From the NCBI GenBank assembly GCA_951406725.2, contig OX597828.1, forward strand, positions 66,712,001 to 66,776,000: a DNA stretch of 64,000 nucleotides, in the 5' to 3' direction. The notes beneath the pieces were generated by a model. The model had not been told where the DNA came from and searched no databases. It saw only the letters and a list, made by a program, of their open reading frames with translations. The DNA comes from Octopus vulgaris. Taxonomy: Eukaryota. The translations under genes and the position numbers were made by a program. Positions 1 through 12,000 of this stretch are shown in pieces. How positions within the stretch are numbered: the first letter of the stretch is position 1; each line of letters starts with the position of its first letter.

Positions 1-129
1 CTATGTGTATTTGATCACTTATAAACCAGGGCCAAAATTTCATCAATCCTGCTAACCACCATGCACACAAACATTCTACATATTAAACAGGATGATTAGT
101 GGTTTGTCTGTTTTCCTACTTATTACAAC

Positions 130-600
130 TTTGGTCTCCTTTAAGTTAACTTCAAGGCCCTTTGATTCTAGGTTTTGCTTCCGTGCCTAGAATTACTGTT
201 TTAATTCTACTACAGATTCAGCTATAAGATCAAGGTCATCAGTATAGAGGAGCTCTCATAGGCAACCAGTCTTAAGCCCTCTGTCATAGCTTGGAGGACT
301 ATGATGAATAAGAAGAGGACGAAGAACTGAGCCCTGGTGAACTCCCTGCATACTAAATTCATTGCTATGTTCATTGCTAACTCTCGCCTTATCAACAACA
401 TCTGTGTACATGGCTTGGATGGCTCTTACCTGCCATTCGTTGATCCCTAGCTTCTCTCCAATGACAAGGGTAACGGGGTGACGCTATGAAGGGTTTTCTC
501 TAGCAGTTTATTTTTCTAGTAATTTTCTAGTAAGGCAATTATTCCTGTAATTGCTTTACTAGACAGAGTGTATCAACCAAACTGCATCTCATCTGGGTGA
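130..600 (-). mobile_element. RTE-type LINE reverse transcriptase fragment (degenerate)
   Basis: Minus-strand translation gives DEMQFG, GVHQGSVL..LFIIVLQA and ELLYTDDL (RT motifs QG and YxDD), with frameshifts and stops. Boundaries approximate. Confidence 0.75.
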
Positions 601-1976
601 ATCAGATTAAATGAACTGATGGAATCTTTGCATCAACACGTTCCTCCTTGCGACAATGTAGCCTTTAATCAAATGAAGATATCTTTGGCTTGAAGAGTAG
701 CTGTGGATTTTACCACTTCTGAGGTTCCACTTGCTATGAAACATGTAGCCTGGATTTCCCATACTCCATTCCGTAACACTTGTATTCTTTTTCACACACT
801 TGGCAACCCTGGTTGCTTACCAAAGAATATAATAAGAACCTTTTTCAGCTCATCATTCTTTGATAAAAGAAAAAAAACCATCTGCAACCTTCCATCTCAA
901 TAAACCACTAGTGTCCCTAAAAGTTGTTTTTTTTAGTATGGATTGCTTGAAGCTAACTTTCTTCCTACAACTCGATTCCTGGATTCTACATTTACACACA
1001 CACACACACACATCTTTGTGTTTATCCCCATCACCGCTTGACAACAAGTGTTGGTTTGTTTATATTCACGTAACTTACTGATTCAGCAAAAAGAGTGATA
1101 GAATAAAGTACCAGGTTTAAAAATAAGTATTGGGTTGATTTGTTTGACTAAACCCTTCAAGGCAGTGCCCCATCATGGCCACAGTCCAAAGACTGAAACA
1201 AATAACATATAAAAGACAGTTGCTGTTATTAACAGTGAAATTGAAAGCTTACGCTTTTAAAAATGATACAACCTAATTTTTAAAGTTTTAGTCTGTTGGT
1301 ATAATTTATGCTTCACTCCTAAAAAAGGAAAGCTGAAATAAATTATTACTGTATTTGAACACACAAAAACTTAAGGAATTCCTCTGAAATTATCTAGAAA
1401 TTATTTAATGTTTTAGAATATGACAATTTATCTTTGCTTTTTTTTATGTTGTTGTTGCCATTCATCTCAAATTGAACTCATTTACTCCAGTTAATTCTTT
1501 CAGAGTGTCTCCTAATTTTGCAGGATATAATAACCATGACATTTCATATTATTCTACACACTTCCAAGTTGTTAGATGTACTTGGCTCTTTCTTTGATTT
1601 CTCTTGGGAATTATCAAACAGTGTCAACTTGTGTCAGCATCAGAAGACTATTATTTTATTTTTGAAATTGTGAAATTATAGCAATCAAATATAAGTTTCA
1701 ATTTTTGGCACAAGGCCATCAGGGGCTAAATTGATTAAATTGACCCCCCAGTACTCAACTGGTATTTGTTTTGTCTACCCCAATGGGGTGAAAGGCAAAG
1801 TCAACCCCAGCGGCATTTGAACCCAGAACGTAAAGACAGATGAAACGCTGCTAAGCGTTTTGCCTGGTATGTTAACAATTTTGTCAGCTTGCTGCATTTG
1901 GTATTTAGATATTAAGTTGGTCAATATATTTAATGTAATCAGCACTAAAAAACTAATTAGAAATATATATATATAT

Positions 1977-2090
1977 GGTAAGGGAAAGACAATATTAGCT
2001 CAATGAATGATAATCATTTCAGGGAATATGCTAGACAGCTCTGGACATGTTCGGGTCTTAGTAGATCTCTTTAACAAAGCCTGGCCTGTG
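1977..2090 (-). mobile_element. Penelope-like relic with degenerate minimal hammerhead motif (2038-2080)
   Basis: Starts at a (TA)n tract. Minus strand reads GCTTTG-TTAAAGA-GATCT-ACTA-AGACC-CGAACATGTC-CAGAGC, which is hammerhead topology with a mutated core. Confidence 0.45.
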
Positions 2091-2283
2091 TCATTACTAA
2101 TGAAAGTAATGATGAAAGAATCATTAAGCAGATTACATAATATTGCAGATGAGTTAAGTTAATAGTCTGTTTCGAGTCTACATGTCCATTAGGCTGGAGC
2201 TTATCTTGGTTTCTGTAGTGTTTTCATGGTTTATAGAATGGTTGACAATACAAGATGTAGCAGTCTGTTGCAAGGCTAAAACA

Positions 2284-2683
2284 TGTAGTGACGCTGTTTT
2301 GGAAGTTTTCAGCACGCATGCGCAGAGTTGGATTACTTCCGGTAGGCCGCCGGATGTTCCCTCATGCTCATGTGCAGAGAACTGCCAATAGAAAGTTTTC
2401 CCGCTAGATCGGTCTTCTTTTTGTAGCTGCAGCCCTATCGAGTGGACACGACTCAACCTTCTCTCAAGGAAAATCTAGCATGTAGAGAAGCCCCCTTCTA
2501 CACGAGAACAGAGACAGCATTTTGGCTCACACAAGTTAACTATTGTGAATAGTTTTATGGACTTGGCTACCGGTTCGCCCCGAAGAAAATATATGTATAT
2601 ATATTTTATTTGAGAATCCAGACAAAATAAAGTAATATTTATTGCTGTTGAAGATAGTCGAAGTTTTGGTTTTCCTTTTGACA
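2284..2683 (+). mobile_element. Possible solo LTR / CpG-richer insert interrupting an old minus-strand SINE
   Basis: TGTAGTG...TTTGACA ends, AATAAA near 2626, GCATGCGCA and ACTTCCGG motifs, SINE-like halves on both flanks. No clean TSD found. Confidence 0.3.
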
Positions 2684-3633
2684 CAATTGAATGTAACAGG
2701 ATAAGACCGACACCCCTCAAGTGTTCCTGAGACCTTCCTCCTGTTACAAACATATCACTGATACTCATTTTCAGCTGAATGGACCGAAGCAATGTGAATG
2801 AAGTGCTTTGCTCAAGGACACACGTCACCTGGTTTAAGGATCGAATCCACAGTTGAGTGGATTGTTAGCCAAACAATCAAATCACTTATGCCATAGAACT
2901 TCACTTGTACATGAATAGACATAAAAAAAAATGAACATATTTTAATAAACAAATTGTTAAAATTAATTAGCCATTAGGTTGTATCAAATTTAAGGGTTTG
3001 AAGCAATTATAATGTAATAGGATACTTGCAAAATATCATCATCATCATCATCATCTAAGTCAACTGCAGCTGTGATCAGTTTAAAATTTTTTCTTATTGA
3101 TTATAGTTAAGGACAGGTGTTACTCCTGCCAGATGACAATCCGACCCTTCTCATCCAAGCCTATTAGTCTTATTCTCTCAACTACTAGCAGATGAATGGC
3201 TAAGCTATCCTGAATAAAGTTTGACTTTCAGGTACAGATTTTAGCTATATTTCTCTGCCAAATTACTTCATCAATATTCAATATTAGATTTGGGAAGAAA
3301 ACTTTGCCAAATTAATGCCATTTAATAAGTACAACCATAAATAGTGTTGCTTTGAGGTGAGATCTGCAGAAAGAATTAGAGAAATTATTATGACCAATAA
3401 TAATGGAATTGGATGGTGATAGAGAGTCCTGAGAATCCACAAAAGCCGTGCAACAAAGAAGAAGAAGAAGAATTAGCTCTTGCTTCATAATGTTCTGAGT
3501 AATATAAACCTTTCATTTCATAAGTCCCAAGTTGCTGTTAGTTGGAAAAATTGGGATACCTGGATGAAGGGAAATATGATACACAGGACAGACAAAGGGT
3601 TAAAAAGTTCTTGTTCACCCCAATTTCCCTCAA

Positions 3634-3854
3634 CCCTTTCGTTACTGTATTTATTTTGAGATGCTCTGTGTTTCTTTTAATTATTTTACATATAACAAAG
3701 AATTTAGTAGAATAACTTAGTTATCATTAAGCTGGTGCTAGGAACATAAATTGTGACTAAGTTTTGGTGGAAGATTTGAATTCAAAACTTATGAAAACAA
3801 GACATTTGTACTACAGAGCCAGAGCCAGTTTCAACCGGGTTAGTAACGAAAGGG
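3634..3854. mobile_element. piggyBac-type MITE (~220 bp)
   Basis: TIRs CCCTTTCGTTAC / GTAACGAAAGGG flanked by TCAA and TTAA. A close copy lies at 40712-40931. Confidence 0.8.
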
Positions 3855-4856
3855 TTAATGGAAAGAGTAGTTAATTCATTTTCTCAGTTGCAATAGCTGG
3901 ATCTCCTTTAATGATTAAGATGGAAATATTGTAAAGAATATTTTGTTTTTGTATTTGCTTTGCAAAATACTTGATGTGAGCTTGTATTTGAAACAAATTT
4001 TGTTGTATCTTGAGAGGGTCATTATACCAACGATAAACACATGCACTGGTTTTATTTTACTTCTTTATTATGAATCAGTTAATGATTCAGTTGTTTAAAA
4101 CTGATTAATTGATTAACTGAATGATTAATCAAGCAATTGATTAGTTCACTAATTGATGAATAATAAAGAAGTAAAATATAACCAGTGTGTGTGTTAATAT
4201 GAAATAAAATCAAGTAAAAAAGATAAAAAACTTTTTTTGCCAATAAAACCTTAAGGCTTTCCTTTAGAAAATTTGGGATAAATGCTTGCTGAAATATCTG
4301 ATTTGTTAAAAAGAAAAAATAACAAGCAAAAATATAATTTCTTAAAGGTTGAAAGGTTAAAAGAACATCTCTTTGTTTAGACATTTGAAACCTAAATTGT
4401 TTTAACTGTTTGTCAACATTTTGGTACTAAGTCTTTGATAAGTAAAATATCAGCTGCAAATAGTTGTCTTTGTTCTTGAATAACCTTACACCCAGACTAA
4501 AGTTCAAAAAGGATAAAATGAACATATATTTCAGACGCAAGATGAACATATATTTCAGAAAACTCAGGCTTAGTTTTGATGTAGCTGTTCCCAACCTATT
4601 TCTATCATGACACATTTTAGCAAACCCTCTATCTTTTAAAAATATATTTCTAACATAAGAAGTGCAGATGCGGCTGTGTGGTAAGGTGTTTTGTTTGCTT
4701 TCCAACCACATGATTCAGGGTTCAGTCCTACTGCATGGCATCTTGGACAAGTGTCTTCTACTATAGTCATATACTGACCAAAACTTTGAGTGGATTTGGT
4801 GGATAGCAGCTGAAAGGAGCCTGTCTCATGCTCATATATATATATATATATATATA

Positions 4857-5060
4857 GTATTGAACTATGAGAAAGTGATATAGGGGCCTGATGATTGGGG
4901 TTATATTTTAAGAATGGTTCCAGCAAAACATGGAGTGGTTTAGGAGCCGGGAAATGTACCTCATGAAACACGTGTAGCCAAGTTATAAAGTAGTAGGTAT
5001 TTAAAATAAAATTTCTTTTTTATCTGGTGAGATGAAGGGGCCTACTATCTCTAAATGAAT
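4857..5060 (+). mobile_element. (TA)n-embedded Penelope-like relic with degenerate hammerhead motif (4936-4980)
   Basis: Lies between two TA tracts and contains GAAACACGTGTA-GCCA. A homologous copy is inverted at ~36990-37097, also within TA/CA microsatellite. Confidence 0.4.
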
Positions 5061-5607
5061 ATATATATATATATATATATATATCGTCCAACCCATGCTA
5101 GCATGGAAAGCGGATGTTAAATGATGATGATATATCTCTCTCTCTTATCTCTTATGATATCTCTTATTATAATCTCTTATTATAAAAGGCAGATTTTATC
5201 TGCCTCCCTTTGTATCTTATAGAAATCTACAATATAGGATTTCTTCAATTACAATTTACCTAGCATTTTTAAGAGTAGAATGCATCAGGTCGTGCCAGGT
5301 CCAGTTTTTAAAATTTCAACCCCAATTAAGCAAAATTTAGAGAAAACTCACATTGTGGTGTATAAGTCAAATGCTTCTCTTAGTGTGGCCTACACCACGC
5401 AAACGCACACACACAGTGTGCAACGAATAAAGTGAAAGTAATTCACTTTTTGTAGTGAGTGACTCTTTCACTCTCCACTTCCTCTTTACACACATAGACA
5501 CGCAAATATATAAATAAAATTGTAAGCTAACGTGTGTGTGTGCGTGTGTGTGTGTGTGTGTGTGCGTGTGTGTGTATGTGAGGGTGTGTGTGCGTGTGCG
5601 TGACAGG

Positions 5608-6284
5608 AAAGTTTTTTAGGACGAATATAAGACCTATATCCAAGTAGCAGAAAGATCGCCCAAAAGTGTATATAGATATTTAAATGTATTTATATATTCA
5701 TCTATACACAGATGTATGTATAATGTGTGTGTATATATTTCCATAGAGGTAACCTTTCACTCCATACAAAGTTTTTTAGGACGAATATAAGATCTAAAGT
5801 ATATACGAGTAGCAGAAAGATCGCCCAAAAGTGTATATAGATATTTAAATGTATTTATATATTCATATATACACAGATGTATGTATAATGTGTGTGTATA
5901 TATTTCCATAGACGTAACCATTCACTCCGCACAAAGTTTTTTAGGACGAAAATAAGATCTAAAGTTATCTCTAAGTAGAACAAAGATCGCCCAAAAGTGT
6001 ATATAGATATATAAATGTATTTATATATTCATCTATACACACATGTATGTATAACGTGTGTGTATATATTTCCATAGAGGTAACCATTCACTCCATACAA
6101 AGTTTTTTAGGATGAAAATAAGATCTAAAGTTATCTCTAAGAAACAGAAAGATCGCCCAAAAGTGTATATAGATATTTAAATGTATTTATATATTCATCT
6201 ATACACACATGTATGTATAATGTGCGTGTATATATTTCCATAGAGGTAACCATTCAATCCATACAAAGTTTTTTAGGACGAAAA
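5608..6284 (+). repeat. Tandem array, 4 units of 160-166 bp plus a partial unit, inside the Helitron
   Basis: The unit anchor GTTTTTTAGGA recurs at 5611, 5771, 5936, 6102 and 6268. Confidence 0.92.
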
Positions 6285-6512
6285 TATTTATATATAAAAG
6301 AAAGGTTGTGTGTCTGTCTACTCCGATTTAGATTCCTAACTACTCCCACATTTTGCGATGCAGTTTAACCAAAACCGGGTATCTTATAGTCGTGATTCAT
6401 ATCGAGCCCTTCTGGGTATTAGCGCGCGTCTACGATGAGTCTATGATTTTACAAATAATTTACCATAATTTTTTTCCATTTTAATGCATATTTTTTTAAA
6501 TAAAGGGAAGTA

Positions 6513-7023
6513 ACTCTCAAACTTCACACCAATATGCGTGCTCATATGCGACGTAATAACACATCAGCAGCATTTCCTCACACCCTCCTTGCACTTGGCG
6601 AAGGCAAAATACCAGGGGATGAAAATGGTAATATTGCCATCGATTCCATTTGTACCATTGTTAAGACGCCTTCTGATCTCAGAGATGCAGTGTTCCCAGA
6701 TCTACAAGCTAATTATCAGAATATGGATTGGATTGACAAAAAGGCTATACTGGCCCCGAGGAATAAAACTGTTCACCATATTAATGATGAAATGCTAAAA
6801 CTCATTCCTGGGGAAGTCTATGTATATCAGTCTATTGATACAACTCCTGACCCAGAGGACGTCATCAACTATCCAATAGAGGTACTCAATTCCTCTGAGC
6901 ACCCCGGACTACCACCACACATTCTCAAACTTAAAGTTGGTGCCCCTATAATGCTCATCAGAAATTTGGTTCCCCCAAAACAATGCAATGGCACACGTTT
7001 GATCGTTAAGTCCTTATCTCCCA
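6513..7023 (+). pseudogene. Helitron Pif1-like helicase fragment
   Basis: Collinear without indels with 12964-13474 (AILAPRN, LKVGAPIMLIRNL, CNGTRL), with scattered substitutions. Confidence 0.9.
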
Positions 7024-9079
7024 CCGTAAGCTTATATCAATATTTGCCTGAATAATCATCATAATTCAGTGCAATCATTAACAGTACTTTCAAACAATTC
7101 AGCCCCGAGCAACGCCGGGCAATTCTGCTAGTCTTATGATAAAAGGCAGATTTTCTCTGCCTCCCAAGCCGTTTGTTTTTTATACAATTGTACAATATAG
7201 AATTTCTTTAATTGGAATTTACCTATGCTTTTTCCAAGTAGATTCCATTGGGTCATGGCATGTAAAGTTTTTTCAATTTGACCCCCAATTAAGCAAAAAT
7301 TCGAGAAAAGTAAATATTTTACGATTTGCCTCTCTAATTTCAACTGCTTCACTCAAACTATTACCACACTTTCTGCTACTTTCTCTTTGCATCATGTGTA
7401 CGTGCGTGAGTGTGTGTGTGTGTTTGATGGGGTGTGCGACACAGAAAGTGTGGTTTGTAAGTGAAGTGCTTTTGTTAGTGTGTGTAAAGAGACAGAGAGA
7501 GTAATGTTGTGCTGTGTGTGTATGTGTGAAAGACAGAGATAACTGAACTTTTTTTATTCACTTTTTGTAGTGAGTGACTGAGAGAGAAAAGAAGAGAGAG
7601 AGGTTATGTATGTATATATGTATGTATGGCTTCAGTGACACACACACAAAAACACATACCTACGTACACCTAAAGCACGCACACACACACACACACACAA
7701 ACGGAGCGCGATCTTCAAAAGAACTTCGCGCTCTATCTATCTGGTTTGCCATTCTTCACACATATACACACGCAAACATATACATATATGAGAGTGACAA
7801 ACACAAACGTTTCAAACAACTACATACAAACACTCAAACACACACACGTGTGTGTTTGAGAAAAGTAAATATTTTCCGATTTGCCTCTCTAATTTCAACT
7901 GCTTCACTCATGCTATTACCACACTTTCTCCTACTTTCTCTTTGCAAGTGTACCTTAAACCACTACTCAAAAAAAATACAGAGCAAACAGAAACAAATAA
8001 ATACATAACGATTTACTCCTCACACAATTTCTTCAATTGGAGTTTACCTATGATTTTTCCAAGTACATTCCATTTGGTCATGGCATATAAATTTCTTTCA
8101 ATTTCACCCCCAATTAAGCAAAAATTTGAGAAAACTCAATATGTTACGATTTCCCTCTCTCACTTCAATGGCTTTACTCCGCCTATAACCACACTTACTC
8201 CCACTTTCTCTTTACACACAATAAATATATGACAGTGTCAATTGTTGAAAGAAAATTGTAAGCTAAGGTGTGTGTGTGTGCGTGTGTGTGTGTCTGTGTG
8301 TGTGTAACAGGGATGAGCCATTAATACTGGTCATCCATTTTTGCTAGAGGAAGATCCGCTATGGTCTTATATGCTACACCACTGGTTTTCAATTCATATT
8401 AATCAAATTAATATTAAATTTTTCACCCTTATTATGTGTGTGTGTATTAGCAATTCGTATAAAATTGCATCAATGACTTGAACTTGAATAAGTGGTTTCA
8501 CATAAATGGGGATAAATTAAAAAGGTTTGTTGTTATTGTTATTACTGTTTCACTATTGTAATCACGTGGCATGTAAAGTTTATAGCTGCAATACATTATA
8601 TATACCGTACTTAACACACACCATGACACACCACAAATGTACCTTGAACGAGAAGGACTATTCATTATAATACATCAGTTCCACACATTTACCGTGGTTC
8701 CATTTTGGACAACTGCACAAACATTTGCCATTTGACACATGTATGTAAACAAATTCCTTTCTTAAAAATTTCAATTCATTTTCTTTTTCAATTTACGTTT
8801 CTATACACTTTACACAAATATTTGATTAAACAACTAAAACACTTCACATTTCAAACATGTACGTAAACTTCTTCCATTCTTACAAATCTAACTTTATTTT
8901 CTTGCTTTTAACTCAACTTTCAATACACTTTACACACTCTTTCGCTATACTTGCATAAAAAATTTCTTTCAGCTGCAAATATTTCTTTCTTTTCCTTCCA
9001 CGGTTAACATTTTTCCACATTTCATTCACATTACGATTTCTATCTTTAAGTAACTTTCACCCTTTCTTTTTCACATAAA

Positions 9080-12000
9080 ATGCCACCGAAAAAGAGAAGT
9101 CGCCTCGGCCGCCATACTGCAGCAGCAGTGGCGCAAAAGGCGATTATCGCAAACGAGTCTTCTGACAAAAAGGCTTTCAGACTTTCACAGAGCACCTTAC
9201 GTTCAGCGCAATCACGAGCTGCTGAAAATTTACAACAGCGCAACGCACGCCTAGCAAAAATGGCTTCATATGATGCTGCTTCCAGGGCTTCAGAGGGTCC
9301 GGAAACAAGGTCGAAGCACATGGCCATAAAGGCTGCTGCTGCTGTTGCTGCACAAAGGGCTTCAGAGGACCCACAACAAAGGGCCACTTGACTGGCTACA
9401 AACACTGCGGCTACTGCTGCTTCAACATTTTCGACACATTCCCACAACTCAGACCAGCAACGTTCTACATTCCAGCGGAACAGTCGACGCCAATTCTGCA
9501 ATGCTAAAAAGTGGGCTGGGGAACCACCTGCAATGTGCTGCTTAAACGGTAAGGTGGCGAGCTGGCAGAAACGTTAGCACGCCGGGCGAAATGCTTAGCG
9601 GTATTTCGTCTGCGGCTATATTCTGAGTTCAAACTCCGCCGAGGTCGACTTTGCCTTTCATCCTTTCGGGGTCGATTAAATAAGTACCAGTTATGCACTG
9701 GGGTCGATATAATCGACTTAATCCGTGTGTCTGTCCTTGTTAGTCCTCTCTGTGTTTAGCCCCTTGTGGGTAGTAAAGAAATAGGTATAGTCAGCTTGCC
9801 CCCTCTTCAGGAGCTGCCAGACCCTTTGAAGGAATTACTTAATGGTTCCACCTCAAGGTCATCAAAATTCCTTCAATCCATCAGGAAGTACAATTGTGCA
9901 TTTCAGATGACTTCTTTCGGGGCTAACGTTGTCAGAGAAACTGGTTGGATGCCTACTTTCAAGGTCCAGGGCCAGGTGTACCACCTTATTGGGTCACTCC
10001 AGCCACTACAAAATTGCAAACCTTCGTTCCTTCAAATTTATTTCATTACAAATTACAATAGGCAACTTGATTTGCATTTCGGCGTAATTCCACAACCTGC
10101 AAACACTGACGCTGACAATTTCGACAGGGACGTGCTGCTCAGTCTGCAAAACATGCTTCATGACCATAACAGCTACATTCGCAGTTTCAAATACGCCTTG
10201 GAAACAGTCCCTTCACCAACATTCACCATTGTCATCAATGCTGACAAAAGGCCTTCTGGGGAGCACGCACGCCGATATAACGCTCCTTCGTGCAATGAAG
10301 TGGCCATAGTTCTCCATGGTGAACAGCACAATCAGCGAGACATAGTTCTTCAAAGCTGCAACAGTGGTCTTCAGCGTATTAATGAGACGCATCGGTCATA
10401 TGATGCCCTGCAGTCTCCCCTTCTTTTTCCGTATGGAGAAGACGGGTACCATTTCGGCATTCCTCACCACAAACCAAACGAGCCCTCGGCTGCGACATCT
10501 AAAACTGTTTCATGTATGGCTTTTTACTCATACCGCTTCATGACAAGGCATAATGATTTCAACCCCCTGCACAGATCACGGGAACTGTTTCACCAGTTTG
10601 CAGTTGACATGGCTGCAAAGATGGAGTCCGAGAGACTGTGCTTCATCAAATTGAATCAGCAGCAGCTGCACTGAGACTCCTACATCCATTTGCGTGATGG
10701 CATCAGGAATGACACTGACGCCCGCAATATCGGCAAAATGTGCTTTCTCCCCTCAACCTATACAGGAGGCCCACGGTACATGCACGAGCGAACACAAGAT
10801 GTTATGACTTACGTTCGGCATTATGGGCGACCCGATTTATTCATTACCTTTACATGTAACCCAAAGTGGGTTGAGGTAACGCGAGAACTTCTCCCAGGGC
10901 AGCAGTACTGTCATCGCCATGATATTATTGCAAGGGTTTTCAGGCAGAAACTGGCTAAGCTCATTCATTTAATAAAAAAAGGACAGGTTTTTGGGCCTGT
11001 TAACTACCACATGTATACTGTTGAGTGGCAGAAAAGAGGGTTGCCACATGCGCACATTTTGCTTTGGTTGGTCAACAAAATAGACCCAACAGTTCTTGAT
11101 GATCTCATAGCAGCAGAAATTCCGGACCCAACTGTTGACCGGCAGCTGTACGACATTGTGAAGGCACACATGGTACACGGTCCGTGCGGTCCTGGTTTTC
11201 AAAAGTTCTCATGCCACAAAGACCACGTGTGCACTAAACGGTACCCAAAGAGGTTCGTGGATGAGACCCAGACCGGCCGCGACGGATACCCACTGTACAG
11301 AAGAAGGCACCCTGACAATGGTGGATTCACTATAACGTTACGGGGTCATCAAGTGGATAATAGGTGGGTAGTGCCATACTGTCCATTTCTGATGAAAACT
11401 TTTAACGCTCACATAAATGTGGAGTTCTGTCATTCAGTCAAGTCTATAAAGTATATATGTAAATATGTTAACAAGGGTTCTGACGCTGCCATGTTTGGCC
11501 TTCAAAAGGACAATAGCATGGACGAGGTGTCACAGTACTTGGCAGGTCGGTACATAAGCAGTGGTGAAGCTTTTTGGCGGATATTCGGGTTTCCACTTCA
11601 CCAAAGGCACCCCGCCATCATACAACTAGCGGTTCATTTGGAAAATGGCCAGCGAACTTACTTTACTGAACAGACTGCAGCTGAATTGGCGGCAAATCCA
11701 AAACAAACAACTTTGACCGGTTTCTTTAGGCTTTGCCAACTTGACACATTTGCTAAAACACTTTTATGCCCTCAGGTCCCGTCCTACTACGTGTGGTCAA
11801 ACAACAATTGGGTGCATAGGAAGTCGGGTCAGGATGTTGAAGGACATCCTGGTGTCAAGTTTAACAGTTGTCTAGGAAGAGTCTACACTGTACCTCCAAA
11901 CCAACATGAGTGTTTTCACCTGCGCCTTCTCCTCCATGAGGTTTTAGGCCCACAAAGTTTTCAAGACATCAGAACTGTTGATGGTGTATTATGTGATACT

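Larger units (their letters stand above)
5160..7131 (+). mobile_element. Chimeric non-autonomous Helitron
   Basis: 5' TCTCTTATTATA(AAAGGCAG); 3' hairpin CCCGAGCAACGCCGGG plus CTAG (7128-7131). Carries a tandem array, a second Helitron-like 5' end (6287) and a helicase fragment. The exact 5' base is ambiguous (stutter at 5134-5180). Confidence 0.85.

Noticed and set aside
2182-2391. ORF MSIRLELILVSVVFSWF as the GBA signal peptide
   Set aside because: Overlaps SINE-tail-like and LTR-like sequence. The hydrophobicity is probably incidental and there is no supporting homology.
5608-6284. Array considered as CRISPR or a ribozyme array
   Set aside because: Whole units are near-identical with no unique spacers, and no hammerhead core was seen.
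9046-9501. 151-aa Ala-rich minus-strand ORF
   Set aside because: Antisense shadow of the RepHel N-terminus.
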